Source of the DNA: Candidatus Shapirobacteria bacterium | GTDB lineage: Bacteria > Patescibacteriota > Microgenomatia > UBA12405 > BS750m-G30 | Direction of reading: 5' to 3' | Assembly (NCBI GenBank): GCA_043817235.1 | Contig: JBDRHA010000011.1 | Span: 107,467-171,466 of the forward strand | Length of the DNA stretch: 64,000 bases | Part shown: positions 28,489-39,204 of the stretch, one piece after another | How the letters are laid out: each line of letters begins with the position of its first letter | Position numbering within the stretch: the first letter of the stretch is position 1 | Program-made: the position numbers and the translations under genes | Notes under the pieces: generated by a model | The model's database searches: none | Seen by the model: only the letters and a program-made list of their open reading frames with translations | What the model was told of the DNA's origin: nothing

Positions 28489-30165
28489 TTATTGCTTTTG
28501 AAAAATTAAAACGCGGGGATGATCATAAACCGTAAAAGATTCATCTGCGCTTTGGTCATTAACCTCAAATTTCCAACTGCCAATTCTTAAGCTAGGATAA
28601 GAGGTAAATTCGGCAATTAAATTAAAACCCAGCTCTCCGGAAAATAAATCCCGGTAATATTGAGCAGTTTTGGGATAGCAACGCGCATATTTTTCACAAT
28701 CTTCCAGTCGCGGCAAAGGCGTAAATAAGCGATTACTGGCCAAAATCAGATAGTCAGCCTTTTTTAGATTGTTATTTATAAGCTCCCACTTTTTCAAGCT
28801 ATTATCCGATTCGTACAAAGGCATTTCTAGATATTGATATTTTTGCGCGCCAAACAAAGGCAGGCGATCATCCCAATGCTCCACGGCTATAACCGATCCA
28901 GGTGGGATATTTTCTTGAATCCAGTAACTGGCCTGAACCCGAGAGTGAGGACGAGAATAAATAGAGGCAAAAGCCAGCAGCCAACCTAGGTGAAAAACAA
29001 ATAAAATTCCCAAAATAATTTTTCCCCAAATATTTTTAAAAACTTCCAAAATCTTGCTTAAAAAAACTACTCCCATAAAAATAAACCAAGGATACAAAGG
29101 CAAAAAATAGCGCATGAATTTTACGGCGAATCTGCCTACAACTAAAAAATATATCAGGCCGAAAATAACTACTATTAATTCTAAAGCTTCTTGATCATAG
29201 TCCCCTTTTGTTTTTAATCTCTTGCCAAAATCAATAAAATAAAAAACTGAGCCTATTATTGTCAGAATCCCCAAGCCCAACCCCATTCCCCAAAAAAACA
29301 TGTTTTTTAAATAGTAAAAATAAGGTGTAGTGCCTACATACTGGAGTGTATATGGAAAAACATAGGCATTCTTCGTCATCTGTTCTTGAGCCAAAATCTG
29401 CTTTTTAAACTCGAAGAAGTCCAGCAGAGCATAGGGTTCAAAAAAAGCGAAAGTTAACATGGTTACCAATAAAACGAACCCTCCCCAAATTAATACTCCT
29501 TTGGCAATTCTCGTTTGAATTTTTCTTTGGGCTGTTTTCCTTAAAAACAAATCAGCGAGCAGGGCAACCCCCATACCCACCAGCAGTAAACCGGCGCTAA
29601 TTTTAGTAGCCAAACTTAAGCCAAAAGCAAAACCAATTTTTAAAGCATTTTTATAATTTGGCTCCTGGTAAAAAATCAGAAAAAAATAAACGGTCAACCA
29701 GATAAAGAAGTTTAAGGTCGTATCCACAGCATAAAAATGGCTAAGCTGCAAGGGAAAAACACAGCTAGCATAAAAAAGGGCTGACCAAAGTCCTACTTTC
29801 TTGCCCCACACTTTTTGGCCGATTTTAAAAATTACGACTATTGTTCCTAAATCAAAAAAAATGGAAATAGCTCGGCCTAAAATGGGCAGATAAGAATAAG
29901 TAACCCAAAAAGGCCCGAAAAATATACTAATCAGCCAGGAAAAAAATTTCAGTAAATATAAAGGGAGGCTTCCATACGCAAAAAAATGAGGATTAAGCTT
30001 ATCCGGAAAATGTAATTTCTCTATGACCATTACGATCATTCGCTCGTCCGGATGCAAATGAAAACCTTGATCCCAATTGAAGCCGCAAACTCTTACCAAA
30101 AACCCTAAAAGCAAAATTGCCAATAAAATATATTTTGTTCTGATTTTTGCTCTTTTAATTTTCAT
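28489..30165 (-). CDS. GT-C (PMT/GT39-like) glycosyltransferase
   Basis: HPDER, FFAYGSLP, KFMRYFLP, DESFTVYDHP. Confidence 0.85.
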   Translation of the reverse strand: MKIKRAKIRTKYILLAILLLGFLVRVCGFNWDQGFHLHPDERMIVMVIEKLHFPDKLNPHFFAYGSLPLYLLKFFSWLISIFFGPFWVTYSYLPILGRAISIFFDLGTIVVIFKIGQKVWGKKVGLWSALFYASCVFPLQLSHFYAVDTTLNFFIWLTVYFFLIFYQEPNYKNALKIGFAFGLSLATKISAGLLLVGMGVALLADLFLRKTAQRKIQTRIAKGVLIWGGFVLLVTMLTFAFFEPYALLDFFEFKKQILAQEQMTKNAYVFPYTLQYVGTTPYFYYLKNMFFWGMGLGLGILTIIGSVFYFIDFGKRLKTKGDYDQEALELIVVIFGLIYFLVVGRFAVKFMRYFLPLYPWFIFMGVVFLSKILEVFKNIWGKIILGILFVFHLGWLLAFASIYSRPHSRVQASYWIQENIPPGSVIAVEHWDDRLPLFGAQKYQYLEMPLYESDNSLKKWELINNNLKKADYLILASNRLFTPLPRLEDCEKYARCYPKTAQYYRDLFSGELGFNLIAEFTSYPSLRIGSWKFEVNDQSADESFTVYDHPRVLIFQKQ

Positions 30166-31753
30166 GCTTTTGATAAAGCCTTAAAGTTGGGTGGTCAAAA
30201 ACTGTCCAGGTTTCTTCACTATTTAAATCACTCCCGACAACTAACCGCTCCCATCTAGAAAAAAGATTAAATTCTCTTATTAGGGAAAAACCGGATTTTC
30301 CGGAAAGCAGGTCTTGATAAAAGTCTTGAGTATAGGGAAGCTTTTGTTGCTGTAAGTTGGCAAATACTCGCCGCGAAGGAGAAAGAAAATAATCCGCTTT
30401 GGCTAAATAACTGGTTAATTTTTCCTGCTGACCAAAAGACTCTTCTAAGGTATAAAAATTAAAGCCTATGGTTGTAAATTTATTTTGATCTAAAGAAGGC
30501 AAGTCCACAATATTACCATTTTCAAACAAAATAACCGAGTTTGGAGCTAAATTTTGATTGATCCAATCCGTTGCTCTTAATCTGATATCAGTTGTCCAGT
30601 ATATTTTGCTAAAAATCAAGCCGGGAATAAGGCTGATAAGCACCATAAAATAAGCTAATTCTTTTTTTGTTATTCGAGTAATCCGCCAAAAGGCTAAAAT
30701 TACCCAAAAAGGCAAAACAGGAATCATAAAGCGCACCCACTTGGTATAAAGAAAAATATTAAAAAGAAAGTACGGCCACCAGCCAAGATGAAATAACCAC
30801 CATTGTTTTTTAATTTTCCTTTTAATCAGCAAAAATATATTTAAAATTAGACCCCAGATGCCCAAGATAAAAAGCGGCCATCCTAAAACCCAAGGAAATA
30901 TTCTTTGTAGTTGAAAAACCAATGGTTTAGTTAGCCAAAATTGGCGAGTATAAAAAGCCGTCAACTGGCCAGAAGCTAATTTGCTTTCATAAATCAAAAT
31001 TCTTAGCGCTTCAGGCCAATTTAGAAAATAATAAGGGCAGAAGATAAAAAAGAAAATTAACGTTAAAATTATTAGGCTCCCAATCTTAACGAGCCAGATT
31101 TCTTTCCTTTTTTCTCTTATCCAGCTCGCAATTGAAGCCAAGGCTACGGGCAAAATAAAAAAAAGAGCGGTAACTTTGCTAGCCAAACCAATTGCCAATA
31201 AAAAAGCACTGACTAAAACATATTTATTTTTAAAGCCGTTTTGAAAAATTAAAAGAGACAGATAAACTAACCCTAAACAAATAAAAGTTAAAAGCGATTC
31301 AGTTGTGCCAAAGTGAGCGGATTGAATTAATCCGGGAACAAAAGCTAAAAGAGGAATAAGGAGCCAATTCATTTTTTGCCTTTCTTTTTCAAACAATGAA
31401 TCAACGAGAAAATAAGCAAGGTAAATCGCGGCCAAGGAAAAAAGGGCGCTAAAAAATCTCAGTAAATAAACCGCTTGCACATAAGAAACGGTCCCGGAAA
31501 TTCCCCCACTAATAAAATTTAGCAGAAGACCGGAAAAATAGGCTAAGTATAAGGGAAATTGACCATAAGCAAAAAAACGCGGGTTTAGATCAAAAACTCG
31601 CATTTGAGTAATGCTTCTGGCCATATTGCCCTCATCAGGATGGAAAAAATATCCCCCTCCCCAATTAAAACCCTGAAAACGGATTAACAATACGACTAAA
31701 AACAAAAGGAGCGCCAGTGAAATTTTCTTTTTTTTCTTAAACAAATCTTTCAT
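30155..31753 (-). CDS. GT-C (PMT/GT39-like) glycosyltransferase
   Basis: HPDEGN, FFAYGQFP, EETWTVFDHP; start set at MKDLF. Confidence 0.85.
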   Translation of the reverse strand: MKDLFKKKKKISLALLLFLVVLLIRFQGFNWGGGYFFHPDEGNMARSITQMRVFDLNPRFFAYGQFPLYLAYFSGLLLNFISGGISGTVSYVQAVYLLRFFSALFSLAAIYLAYFLVDSLFEKERQKMNWLLIPLLAFVPGLIQSAHFGTTESLLTFICLGLVYLSLLIFQNGFKNKYVLVSAFLLAIGLASKVTALFFILPVALASIASWIREKRKEIWLVKIGSLIILTLIFFFIFCPYYFLNWPEALRILIYESKLASGQLTAFYTRQFWLTKPLVFQLQRIFPWVLGWPLFILGIWGLILNIFLLIKRKIKKQWWLFHLGWWPYFLFNIFLYTKWVRFMIPVLPFWVILAFWRITRITKKELAYFMVLISLIPGLIFSKIYWTTDIRLRATDWINQNLAPNSVILFENGNIVDLPSLDQNKFTTIGFNFYTLEESFGQQEKLTSYLAKADYFLSPSRRVFANLQQQKLPYTQDFYQDLLSGKSGFSLIREFNLFSRWERLVVGSDLNSEETWTVFDHPTLRLYQKHEN

Positions 31754-31758
31754 CTTTA

Positions 31759-32679
31759 TCAGATGATATACATGATGAATACGAGCATTGCCCCCCAAAG
31801 AAGTACTGTTCCAAGAAGGGTATAGTCGCCAGTAAGCGCTTTTTCTGGCTGTTCTCCATCGCGGGAAGAAAAAATTAGATAGGCATAGCGCATAAAGCCC
31901 ATTAAAACCGGAATTAAGGTAAGCATCAACCATTTCCGCCCCACCAGGCTATCCCAAGAAGGACCAAGACGGTCGGCTAAACGAGTACCAAAATCTTCCC
32001 CGGGCGCAAAATAAGTAAAAAGGGCATAAGAAATTAAAGTTGAAACAGAAAAAATAGAAACATAAAAATTAAGCAAACTCTTTTGGTACTTATCTAAAAC
32101 GGGTCGGGTTCTGTCGCCCTCAGTAACTAACTCCGACCTTCTTTTGCCGGCCGCCACAAAAAGAGAGAGAAAGATAACCGTGAAGCTAAGCCAAATTGAT
32201 AAGTGATATCCCGTCGCCACTTCTCCAGCAAAAGCCCTGATAGAAAAAGATGCAGCGATAGTCAAGATATCCCACAACACTAACTTTTTTAACAAAAAAG
32301 AATAACCAACATGCAAAAGATAAAAACTTCCCGCCATTAGGAAAACACCCATGCTTAAAAAAGAAGCTAGTCCTAGGCCCAGAAAAAGAAGTCCCAAAGA
32401 AATAATAACAGCTGAAGAAATAGGCAAATCGCCGCGGGCAACAGGGCGGTTTTTTTTAAGTGGATGAAGACGATCTAGAGGTGCATCAACTATATCGTTT
32501 AATAAATAAGAAGAGGAGGAAAGGAAGCAAAAGACCACAAAAACCCAAAAACTGACCCAAAAGAGAGAAGGGTCAAAAAGATTACCGGTAAACAAAATAG
32601 GCGCAAAAACAGCCAAATTTTTAGTCCACTGGTTAATTCTTAAAGAACGAAGAACTATCTTTATTTTCTTAACTTTCAT
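31759..32679 (-). CDS. UbiA-family polyprenyl-phosphate phosphoribosyltransferase (DPPR synthase-like)
   Basis: RINQWTKN, YLLNDIVD..DRLHPLKKNRP, KRRSE. Confidence 0.85.
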   Translation of the reverse strand: MKVKKIKIVLRSLRINQWTKNLAVFAPILFTGNLFDPSLFWVSFWVFVVFCFLSSSSYLLNDIVDAPLDRLHPLKKNRPVARGDLPISSAVIISLGLLFLGLGLASFLSMGVFLMAGSFYLLHVGYSFLLKKLVLWDILTIAASFSIRAFAGEVATGYHLSIWLSFTVIFLSLFVAAGKRRSELVTEGDRTRPVLDKYQKSLLNFYVSIFSVSTLISYALFTYFAPGEDFGTRLADRLGPSWDSLVGRKWLMLTLIPVLMGFMRYAYLIFSSRDGEQPEKALTGDYTLLGTVLLWGAMLVFIMYII

Positions 32680-32718
32680 CTATCTACCTATTTTATGAGA
32701 AAAAGAAGCAAATTTCAA

Positions 32719-34140
32719 TCAAAGAAGAAAGATGAAAAATAAGCCACTCGCTAAAACCGCAATGCCCAAGAATAGGCCAGCGTTTGCAAAAATTCCTTGC
32801 CCTGTTTGGGGAATTTGGGTGGGAGAAGAAAAAGTCGGCGAAGCCGCGGGAACACTGGGCGTAGAAGTGGGAGCTGAAGGCGTCAGGGTCGGAGTTAGGA
32901 TCGGAGTTGTAGTTGGAGCCCGAGTTGTAGTTGGAGTGGGAGTAAAAATTGGGCTGGGAGTAAGCGACACCTGACCACCGGAGGGGGTAGCTGTGAAAGC
33001 AGTATCGTTGTCTGCCGCCAAAACCGTAAAATTCCTTTTTAAAGTAATTTTCTCTCCCAAAACACTGGTAAACACGGCCGTTAAAGTATGCTCTCCGGGT
33101 TCCAAATTGCCCGGCGGGGCATAACGCCAAAAACCTTGCTCGTCAACGTCCACTTTTCCCTGATAAATAGTGTCTGATTCAATAGTAACTTCCACTTGGC
33201 CATCCAGCGGACCAGTGCCAAAAACCTCCGGCCGAAATGTGGCTACTCCCTCCCCATTTTCAGGATTAATAATAGTAAATTCTTCACCCGCCCGCTGATA
33301 GTCTTGATCTTCAAGAGAAATTCGGCCGGAAGAAGCGGTTGGTGTAGCTTGTGCTTGGCTTGCTCCGCTTAGATCACGAAAATCATCGTTACGTCCTAAA
33401 GTAATGGGCAAAACCGGTTTATTATTTCGAGTGAAATTAAGCACTTCAGACTGGCCGAAAGGCCCACCTTCGACCCTAATTTCCTCCTCAACCTCCCCTT
33501 CTTGATAATTGGCGAGGTTTGTTAGGTCGGGAGCATAGGCAAAGGCAAAAGGAACCATCCAATAGCCGGAATCCGAAGTTAAACTAGATAAAGGGGCAAC
33601 CTCGGGAATATTCAAATAAACGACTACACCACCAACAGCCTGATTCTGGAAATCTATAATTTGGCCATAAGCTAATCTATTTTCTAAAGAAGGGTCAGCT
33701 TTAAAAGGGGCAGTCCGGGTTAAAAAAGGCCTGCCTTTCTCTTTTCCATCTTGCCCATATGTCCGGCCATTACTGGTAATCATAAACTCGTATTCGGCAC
33801 TAATTTGCAGGTTATTTATTTTTATATAGTGGGTATAAAACTCCCTTTTTTCCTGATCCTGATCAAAACGAATATCGTTATAAATTGCTTTTTGGGGAGA
33901 AACTAAATCAAGTGTTACATAAGCCGCTTGGGAGGTAGTAAAAGAAACCGTAAAGGAATCTCCGCTAATATTAGTTACCTGAACTCCTTGAGGAACAGCT
34001 TGAGTACCGGCAATTGAACCCCAGATAAATTTTTGGCCAAAAAAATTAATAATCAGTAAAAGCGCCAGCAAGCTTGCTATTCCTACAAACGTCGGAAAGC
34101 GCAAGGAGCCGGCGAATCTATTCTTGATTAGCTTCTTCAT
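32719..34140 (-). CDS. Surface protein with Fn3/Ig-like domains, a Pro/Thr linker and a C-terminal anchor
   Basis: VQVTNISGDSFTVSFTT, PT-rich stretch, IPQTG followed by a TM tail. Confidence 0.7.
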   Translation of the reverse strand: MKKLIKNRFAGSLRFPTFVGIASLLALLLIINFFGQKFIWGSIAGTQAVPQGVQVTNISGDSFTVSFTTSQAAYVTLDLVSPQKAIYNDIRFDQDQEKREFYTHYIKINNLQISAEYEFMITSNGRTYGQDGKEKGRPFLTRTAPFKADPSLENRLAYGQIIDFQNQAVGGVVVYLNIPEVAPLSSLTSDSGYWMVPFAFAYAPDLTNLANYQEGEVEEEIRVEGGPFGQSEVLNFTRNNKPVLPITLGRNDDFRDLSGASQAQATPTASSGRISLEDQDYQRAGEEFTIINPENGEGVATFRPEVFGTGPLDGQVEVTIESDTIYQGKVDVDEQGFWRYAPPGNLEPGEHTLTAVFTSVLGEKITLKRNFTVLAADNDTAFTATPSGGQVSLTPSPIFTPTPTTTRAPTTTPILTPTLTPSAPTSTPSVPAASPTFSSPTQIPQTGQGIFANAGLFLGIAVLASGLFFIFLL

Positions 34141-34453
34141 TAATTTCTCCGCTCGGCGAACTATTTAAACTGCTAAAATAAGCTTCTATCCGGCTCATTT
34201 CAAAATATTCCTTGTTTTTAATTTCCTCTAAAACCTCCACCTGAAGCTGGGGATTTAAAGTTTTAATTAGATAAGCAGACTCCTCAATCATCTGCCGAGA
34301 AATTAAGCGATGATAGCCATCAACACTAATCCAAACAAGGCAAGCCAAAAGAATAGCTAAGGCCACTCTTTTCCCTAAAAACAAAAAACGCTGGTAACGA
34401 ATTAAAGCCTGCTTTTTTTTAAATTCGCTCGCTTGTTTTATTTCATTTTTCAT
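34118..34453 (-). CDS. Hypothetical single-TM protein in the pil operon
   Basis: Overlapping ORF downstream of pilO. Confidence 0.6.
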   Translation of the reverse strand: MKNEIKQASEFKKKQALIRYQRFLFLGKRVALAILLACLVWISVDGYHRLISRQMIEESAYLIKTLNPQLQVEVLEEIKNKEYFEMSRIEAYFSSLNSSPSGEINEEANQE

Positions 34454-35072
34454 TTTTGGGCGAACTATTAAAAAAAAGCAGGCTTCCGTTTATTTTAGTG
34501 TTAATCAGCTCTCCCTGAGCCTCCTCATCCTGCTCCATCTGATAATTGTCGATAGTTGTTCCTCTTCTTATTTGGAAAAGAGAGGATAAAAAATTACGGC
34601 TCTGGCTGTAATTACCTTGAAGACTAAAACTGAACTCAAAACCCTCGGGTAAGTTTTTAAAATCTGCCTGAGATAGCCTAAGATTGTTTATCTTCAATCC
34701 TTCTTGCTGAGCTAAGCCAGTCAATTGCACCAGTCCCTCTGTAAGTTGGGGAAGGTAAGGGTAATATTGATCTATTAAAAATACTTCTTGTTGTACCTGG
34801 GCATAAGTTGTTTGAGCCTCAATCATCTGGTCTATTTTCTTTTTCATTTTCAAAGACAATTCCTCCTTGTTGCGAATTTCTGAAACCAGGCCGGAAATAG
34901 CCTGCACTGTCGGCCTAATGGCAAAAATAGATAGCAAAATAACTGTACTTAAAGTTAGCAGCGCCTCCAACGAGCGCCAAATTTCTTCCTGATAACGATA
35001 CTTCTCGTAAGTTCTGCTTACCTGGATCAGCAAACTCTTGCTGCCTTTAGTTAATTTATTTTCCTTTTTCAT
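34443..35072 (-). CDS. Type IV pilus assembly protein PilO-like
   Basis: FAIRPT TM-coil, F-S-L-Q-G-N-Y..FLSSL..RR pattern. Confidence 0.7.
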   Translation of the reverse strand: MKKENKLTKGSKSLLIQVSRTYEKYRYQEEIWRSLEALLTLSTVILLSIFAIRPTVQAISGLVSEIRNKEELSLKMKKKIDQMIEAQTTYAQVQQEVFLIDQYYPYLPQLTEGLVQLTGLAQQEGLKINNLRLSQADFKNLPEGFEFSFSLQGNYSQSRNFLSSLFQIRRGTTIDNYQMEQDEEAQGELINTKINGSLLFFNSSPKNEK

Positions 35073-35619
35073 CTTTTTTAAAATTAACCATCAACCCAAT
35101 TTCAATTCCGGTGGCAATTTTCTCTTTTTTAATTGATCCTACTTGAACTGACTCTATCTCTTCTTCTTTCAAAAGCTGATTAATAAAATAAGACAAGCCT
35201 TGTTCTGAGTAAACACCGATACTCAAGTTAGCGCTTGCTCCCTTCTCTTTGTTGGTAAAAGAAATATTGTGAAGAATTACCCCATCCGGTAAAGAACGAG
35301 CAACTGTAGTAAGCGGAAATACCAGGTCTTGTTCGCCATTTACTAGGTTTGCCGCTTGACTCAATCTTGTTTGAAACCGACGAAATTCCTCCTCAAACTC
35401 TAACGTGCTTTCTAAAATAGCCCTTTTTTGCCTTAAATCATCGGAAAGGTCAGAATTTTTCCTATCCAGCCAAAAACGAGAAAAAAAGGCGGCAACAACT
35501 ACCAGCTCTACTAAAACCAAAATAGCCCGTCCCCAAGTAGTAAGCCAATTTACAATTCGTCCTTGAGGAGTTAAGTCAAAAGGAGCGGCCGAGAGCAGGG
35601 AAATCTGTTTTTTAGCCAT
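35056..35619 (-). CDS. Type IV pilus assembly protein PilN-like
   Basis: ISLL, WLTTWGR..VELVV..FFSRFWLDR, LPDGVIL. Confidence 0.7.
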   Translation of the reverse strand: MAKKQISLLSAAPFDLTPQGRIVNWLTTWGRAILVLVELVVVAAFFSRFWLDRKNSDLSDDLRQKRAILESTLEFEEEFRRFQTRLSQAANLVNGEQDLVFPLTTVARSLPDGVILHNISFTNKEKGASANLSIGVYSEQGLSYFINQLLKEEEIESVQVGSIKKEKIATGIEIGLMVNFKKDEKGK

Positions 35620-35655
35620 TTACTAATTTCAGTATAATTAATCAAGCTCAGAGAG

Positions 35656-37341
35656 TCAAAGTTCTTTTGTAAGTGAGGCAGAAATAAGCTCCTTTGGCTT
35701 TTCAAGTTGTTCCTGACTAAGCTGAAAAATAGAGGGAAGGTGGCCCATTTTTTTTATTAAACTCAAAAGTATTTTTGCCTCTCTAACATCCAATTTAAAC
35801 GACAGCCAAAGATAGCTCAAGCTCCCTCCTAAAAGCGAAAGCGCAGTCAAAAGCAAAAGCCCCCAAACCCGAGTTGTATTAAAATACATGTCTCCAAAGC
35901 GCATCAAAAACCAAAAAACCGGAGCAGAAATTAAACTAATAATTAATATTTTTAAAGTAAAACCTCCCAAGCGCTGCCAAGAGAATCCAGATAACTTTCT
36001 GGAAATAGCAAAAAGCAAGACCCCGAAACGAACAATAGCGGCCAAGGAGATGGCCATAACCAAAGCCGCAATGCCCCAGCCAAAAACATAAATACCGAAT
36101 AAGCTAACCAGTAAGGTAACAGCCAAAGACAACAAGGAAATATACAGTGGCCGGCGCGTATCCTGGAGAGAATAATAACCCCGAGTAACAATTTGTGAAC
36201 CTGACTGGGCAATCACAGCCGGAGATAAAATAGCTAGCACTCGCCCTGTTTGCAGCGTCGCCTCCCAAGGAAAACCTTTTGCCCCAAAAGCCAGGCGAAC
36301 CAAGGGGATACGCAAGACCAGGAGGACAATGGCCGCCCAAACACTTAAATATAAAGACTGGAGCAAGGAATCCATAAACACCTTATTGAATTCTTCGCTC
36401 TTTTGGGAAGCATTTAAAGAAGATAAAGAAGGCAGAGCTGCCTGACCAATAGTTGCGCCAAATATTCGAGAAAAAAGCTGGCTTAGATGTTCAGCCAAAT
36501 AAAGCAGAGAAAGGGAGCCAGCGGCAAAACCGGTGGCGAAAAACAAAATAACTGTAGACTCAATTTGAGACAAGCCCAAGGTCAAGCTACGGGGCAGCAT
36601 TAACCTTAAAATTCGTTTAAATTCAGGAAAATGGAAAGAAAAATTGGGTTTTAGCCGAAAGCCCAATTGCCTAGTCAGCGGGTACTGAATCAGGAAATGG
36701 CCAGCCGCGCCAAACAAAACGCCAATAGCCGGACCATAAATCCCCAGCCACCCGGAAAGCAAAAGCACCCCCAAAATAATTCCTAGATTATAAATCAAAG
36801 GCGAAAGCGCCGGAATAATAAAGCGTCTATGAGCCTGTAAAATTCCTGTAGTTAAATTAGAAAAAAGAAAAAAAGCCTGAGCGAAGATCATTATTCGGGT
36901 TAAGTCAGCCATCACCATCAACTGCTGATAATTAAAGCCGGCTGTAATTAAAGAGGAAAGGAAAGGGGCAAAAATAAAAATGATCAGGGCCAAAGGAATA
37001 AAGGCTAAAAATAAAAAGGTTCCCAAAGAACGGGCAATTAAAAAGGCTTCACTCTCATCTTCTAGAAGTTTTTGAGAAAAGATAGGAATAAAAGCAGCTG
37101 ACAATGCCCCAATTACCAACAGCTGGAAAACCAAGTCAGGAAGGCGAAAAGCTGCGTTGTAGGCGTCTAAATCAGAAGCGCAGCAAGCATAAAAGCGAGC
37201 ATAGAGGAGCCGGTCACGTAAAATTCCCAAAAGAGCGGACAGACCAAAAGCAATTGCCAGAATTAGAGCGGCCGAAAAAATATTGCTTTGGCGTCGGGAA
37301 AGTAAATTACGACCATTAGCCAGTAGGTTCTTCAATCCCAT
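35656..37341 (-). CDS. murJ: Lipid II flippase MurJ
   Basis: LGILRDR, AAFRLPD, GALSAAFIP, YYSLQDTRRP. Confidence 0.92.
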   Translation of the reverse strand: MGLKNLLANGRNLLSRRQSNIFSAALILAIAFGLSALLGILRDRLLYARFYACCASDLDAYNAAFRLPDLVFQLLVIGALSAAFIPIFSQKLLEDESEAFLIARSLGTFLFLAFIPLALIIFIFAPFLSSLITAGFNYQQLMVMADLTRIMIFAQAFFLFSNLTTGILQAHRRFIIPALSPLIYNLGIILGVLLLSGWLGIYGPAIGVLFGAAGHFLIQYPLTRQLGFRLKPNFSFHFPEFKRILRLMLPRSLTLGLSQIESTVILFFATGFAAGSLSLLYLAEHLSQLFSRIFGATIGQAALPSLSSLNASQKSEEFNKVFMDSLLQSLYLSVWAAIVLLVLRIPLVRLAFGAKGFPWEATLQTGRVLAILSPAVIAQSGSQIVTRGYYSLQDTRRPLYISLLSLAVTLLVSLFGIYVFGWGIAALVMAISLAAIVRFGVLLFAISRKLSGFSWQRLGGFTLKILIISLISAPVFWFLMRFGDMYFNTTRVWGLLLLTALSLLGGSLSYLWLSFKLDVREAKILLSLIKKMGHLPSIFQLSQEQLEKPKELISASLTKEL

Positions 37342-37418
37342 GCAAAACTATATCACAAGCTAGTACTGACCAACAATAATAATTTGCCCTCTTGCCATTT
37401 TGCTGATAAAATAGCTCC

Positions 37419-37697
37419 ATGCCAATTACCGAATCAGCAAAAAAGTTTTTGCGCCAGTCTAAAAAAAAGGCGAAGATAAACAAACTGCGCCGGGAAAAAG
37501 TAAAAAAGGCGATCAAAGAACTAGAAAAAAAACCAATTCCAGCTAACCTAAAAAAAGCCTTTTCTGAAATTGATAAAGCCGTGAAAAAAAAGATTGTTCA
37601 TCAAAATAAGGCTAGTAGATGGAAAAGCCGACTTTCAAAGCTGGTAAAGGAAAAAACTCCTCGTGCTAAAATGGAGAAGAAAAAGAGCAAAAAATAA
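37419..37697 (+). CDS. rpsT: 30S ribosomal protein S20
   Basis: MPITESAKK..RQ, IDKAVKKKIVHQNKASRWKSRL. Confidence 0.95.
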   Translation: MPITESAKKFLRQSKKKAKINKLRREKVKKAIKELEKKPIPANLKKAFSEIDKAVKKKIVHQNKASRWKSRLSKLVKEKTPRAKMEKKKSKK

Positions 37698-37722
37698 TTT
37701 TGCTTTTATTTCTGACTAGCGG

Positions 37723-39135
37723 ATGAACAAAAAGTATTATCTAACTACGCCAATTTATTATGTTAATGACGTTCCCCATATTGGGCATTTGAGCACCACC
37801 TTGGCTGCTGACTTTTTGGCCCGCTATCATCGACTTAAAAACTATCAAGTGTTTTTTTTAACCGGTACTGATGAGCACGGCCAGAAAGTAGCTCAAGCAG
37901 CCGAACAAAAGAAACTTTCCCCGCAAGAATTTACTAATCAAGTTTCTGCCCGTTTTCGCCAAGCCTGGAAAGAGCTTTATATCAGCAACGACTTTTTCAT
38001 TCGCACTACTGATCCTCGCCATAAAAAAATTGCCAGCCAAATTATCCAGAAAATTTATGATCAGGGCGATATCTATCAAGATACCTATGAAGGATTATAT
38101 TGTATTGGCTGTGAAAAATTCTTAACTGAATCAGATTTGGTAGATGGACATTGTCCTTTTCACCCGCCAGAAAAAACAGTTTCGCAAAAAGAAACAAACT
38201 GGTTTTTTAAGCTGTCAAAATATGTTCCTCAAATAATAGAACTTTTAGAAAATAAAAAAACTAATTACGCCTTTCCCGAATCCAAAAGAAAAGAGGTTTT
38301 GGCTAAATTAAAAACAGGCGTTCACGATATTTCTTTTTCTCGAGCCAATGTGGAATGGGGCGTTCCTGTTCCTTGGGATAAAACACAGACTGTTTATGTT
38401 TGGGTAGAAGCGCTACTCAATTATTATACCGCTACCCAATTTTTACCTAGAAAAAAGAATTATTGGCCGGCCGATTTGCATTTATTGGGCAAAGAAATTA
38501 TTTGGTTTCATATGGTGATTTGGCAAGCCATGCTTCTTTCGGCTAAACTGCCTCTTCCCAAAAAAGTTTTTGCTCATAGCTTTTATATTATTGACGAAAA
38601 AAAAATTTCTAAGTCTTTGGGCAATATGATCAGCCCCCGAGAATTAATTGACCAATTTGGAGCAGAAGGCACTCGCTATTTAATTGCCAGTTCTTTTCCG
38701 GACAAAAATGACACCAATGTCAGCTTAAGAAAATTCAAAGAAAAATATAACGCTGATTTGGCTAATAATTTTGGCAACTTAGTTTCGCGGGTGGCCAAAC
38801 TTACCAAAGATCTTAAAATTACTAATCCTAAAATTAAACTAAACTTCTATCCTCAAGTAGAAAACAATCTTAAAAAAGTTGACTTTAACAAGGCGCTAGA
38901 ATTTATCTGGCTAAAAAAAATAGATAAACTTAATTTAATTCTTAATCAAGAAAAACCCTGGCAGCAAAAAGAAACAAAAGCGAAAGCTATCTTAATCAAA
39001 ATAATTAAAGAAATTCAGTTAATAAATTATAATCTAAAGCCATTTTTGCCGGAAACGAGCAGCAAGATAGAAAAAATCTTTCGCCCGGGAAAACTAACTT
39101 CTTTACCTCAAAATCCCCTTTTCCCAAGAATTTAA
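37723..39135 (+). CDS. metG: Methionyl-tRNA synthetase (short form)
   Basis: TTPIYYVN..HIGH, GTDEHG, KISKS. Confidence 0.95.
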   Translation: MNKKYYLTTPIYYVNDVPHIGHLSTTLAADFLARYHRLKNYQVFFLTGTDEHGQKVAQAAEQKKLSPQEFTNQVSARFRQAWKELYISNDFFIRTTDPRHKKIASQIIQKIYDQGDIYQDTYEGLYCIGCEKFLTESDLVDGHCPFHPPEKTVSQKETNWFFKLSKYVPQIIELLENKKTNYAFPESKRKEVLAKLKTGVHDISFSRANVEWGVPVPWDKTQTVYVWVEALLNYYTATQFLPRKKNYWPADLHLLGKEIIWFHMVIWQAMLLSAKLPLPKKVFAHSFYIIDEKKISKSLGNMISPRELIDQFGAEGTRYLIASSFPDKNDTNVSLRKFKEKYNADLANNFGNLVSRVAKLTKDLKITNPKIKLNFYPQVENNLKKVDFNKALEFIWLKKIDKLNLILNQEKPWQQKETKAKAILIKIIKEIQLINYNLKPFLPETSSKIEKIFRPGKLTSLPQNPLFPRI

Positions 39136-39204
39136 TTCCAAAAATTTATTTCGAGCCTTGCCCAGGGAATAAATACCCTATATTTTATTATAATATACTT
39201 CGGC

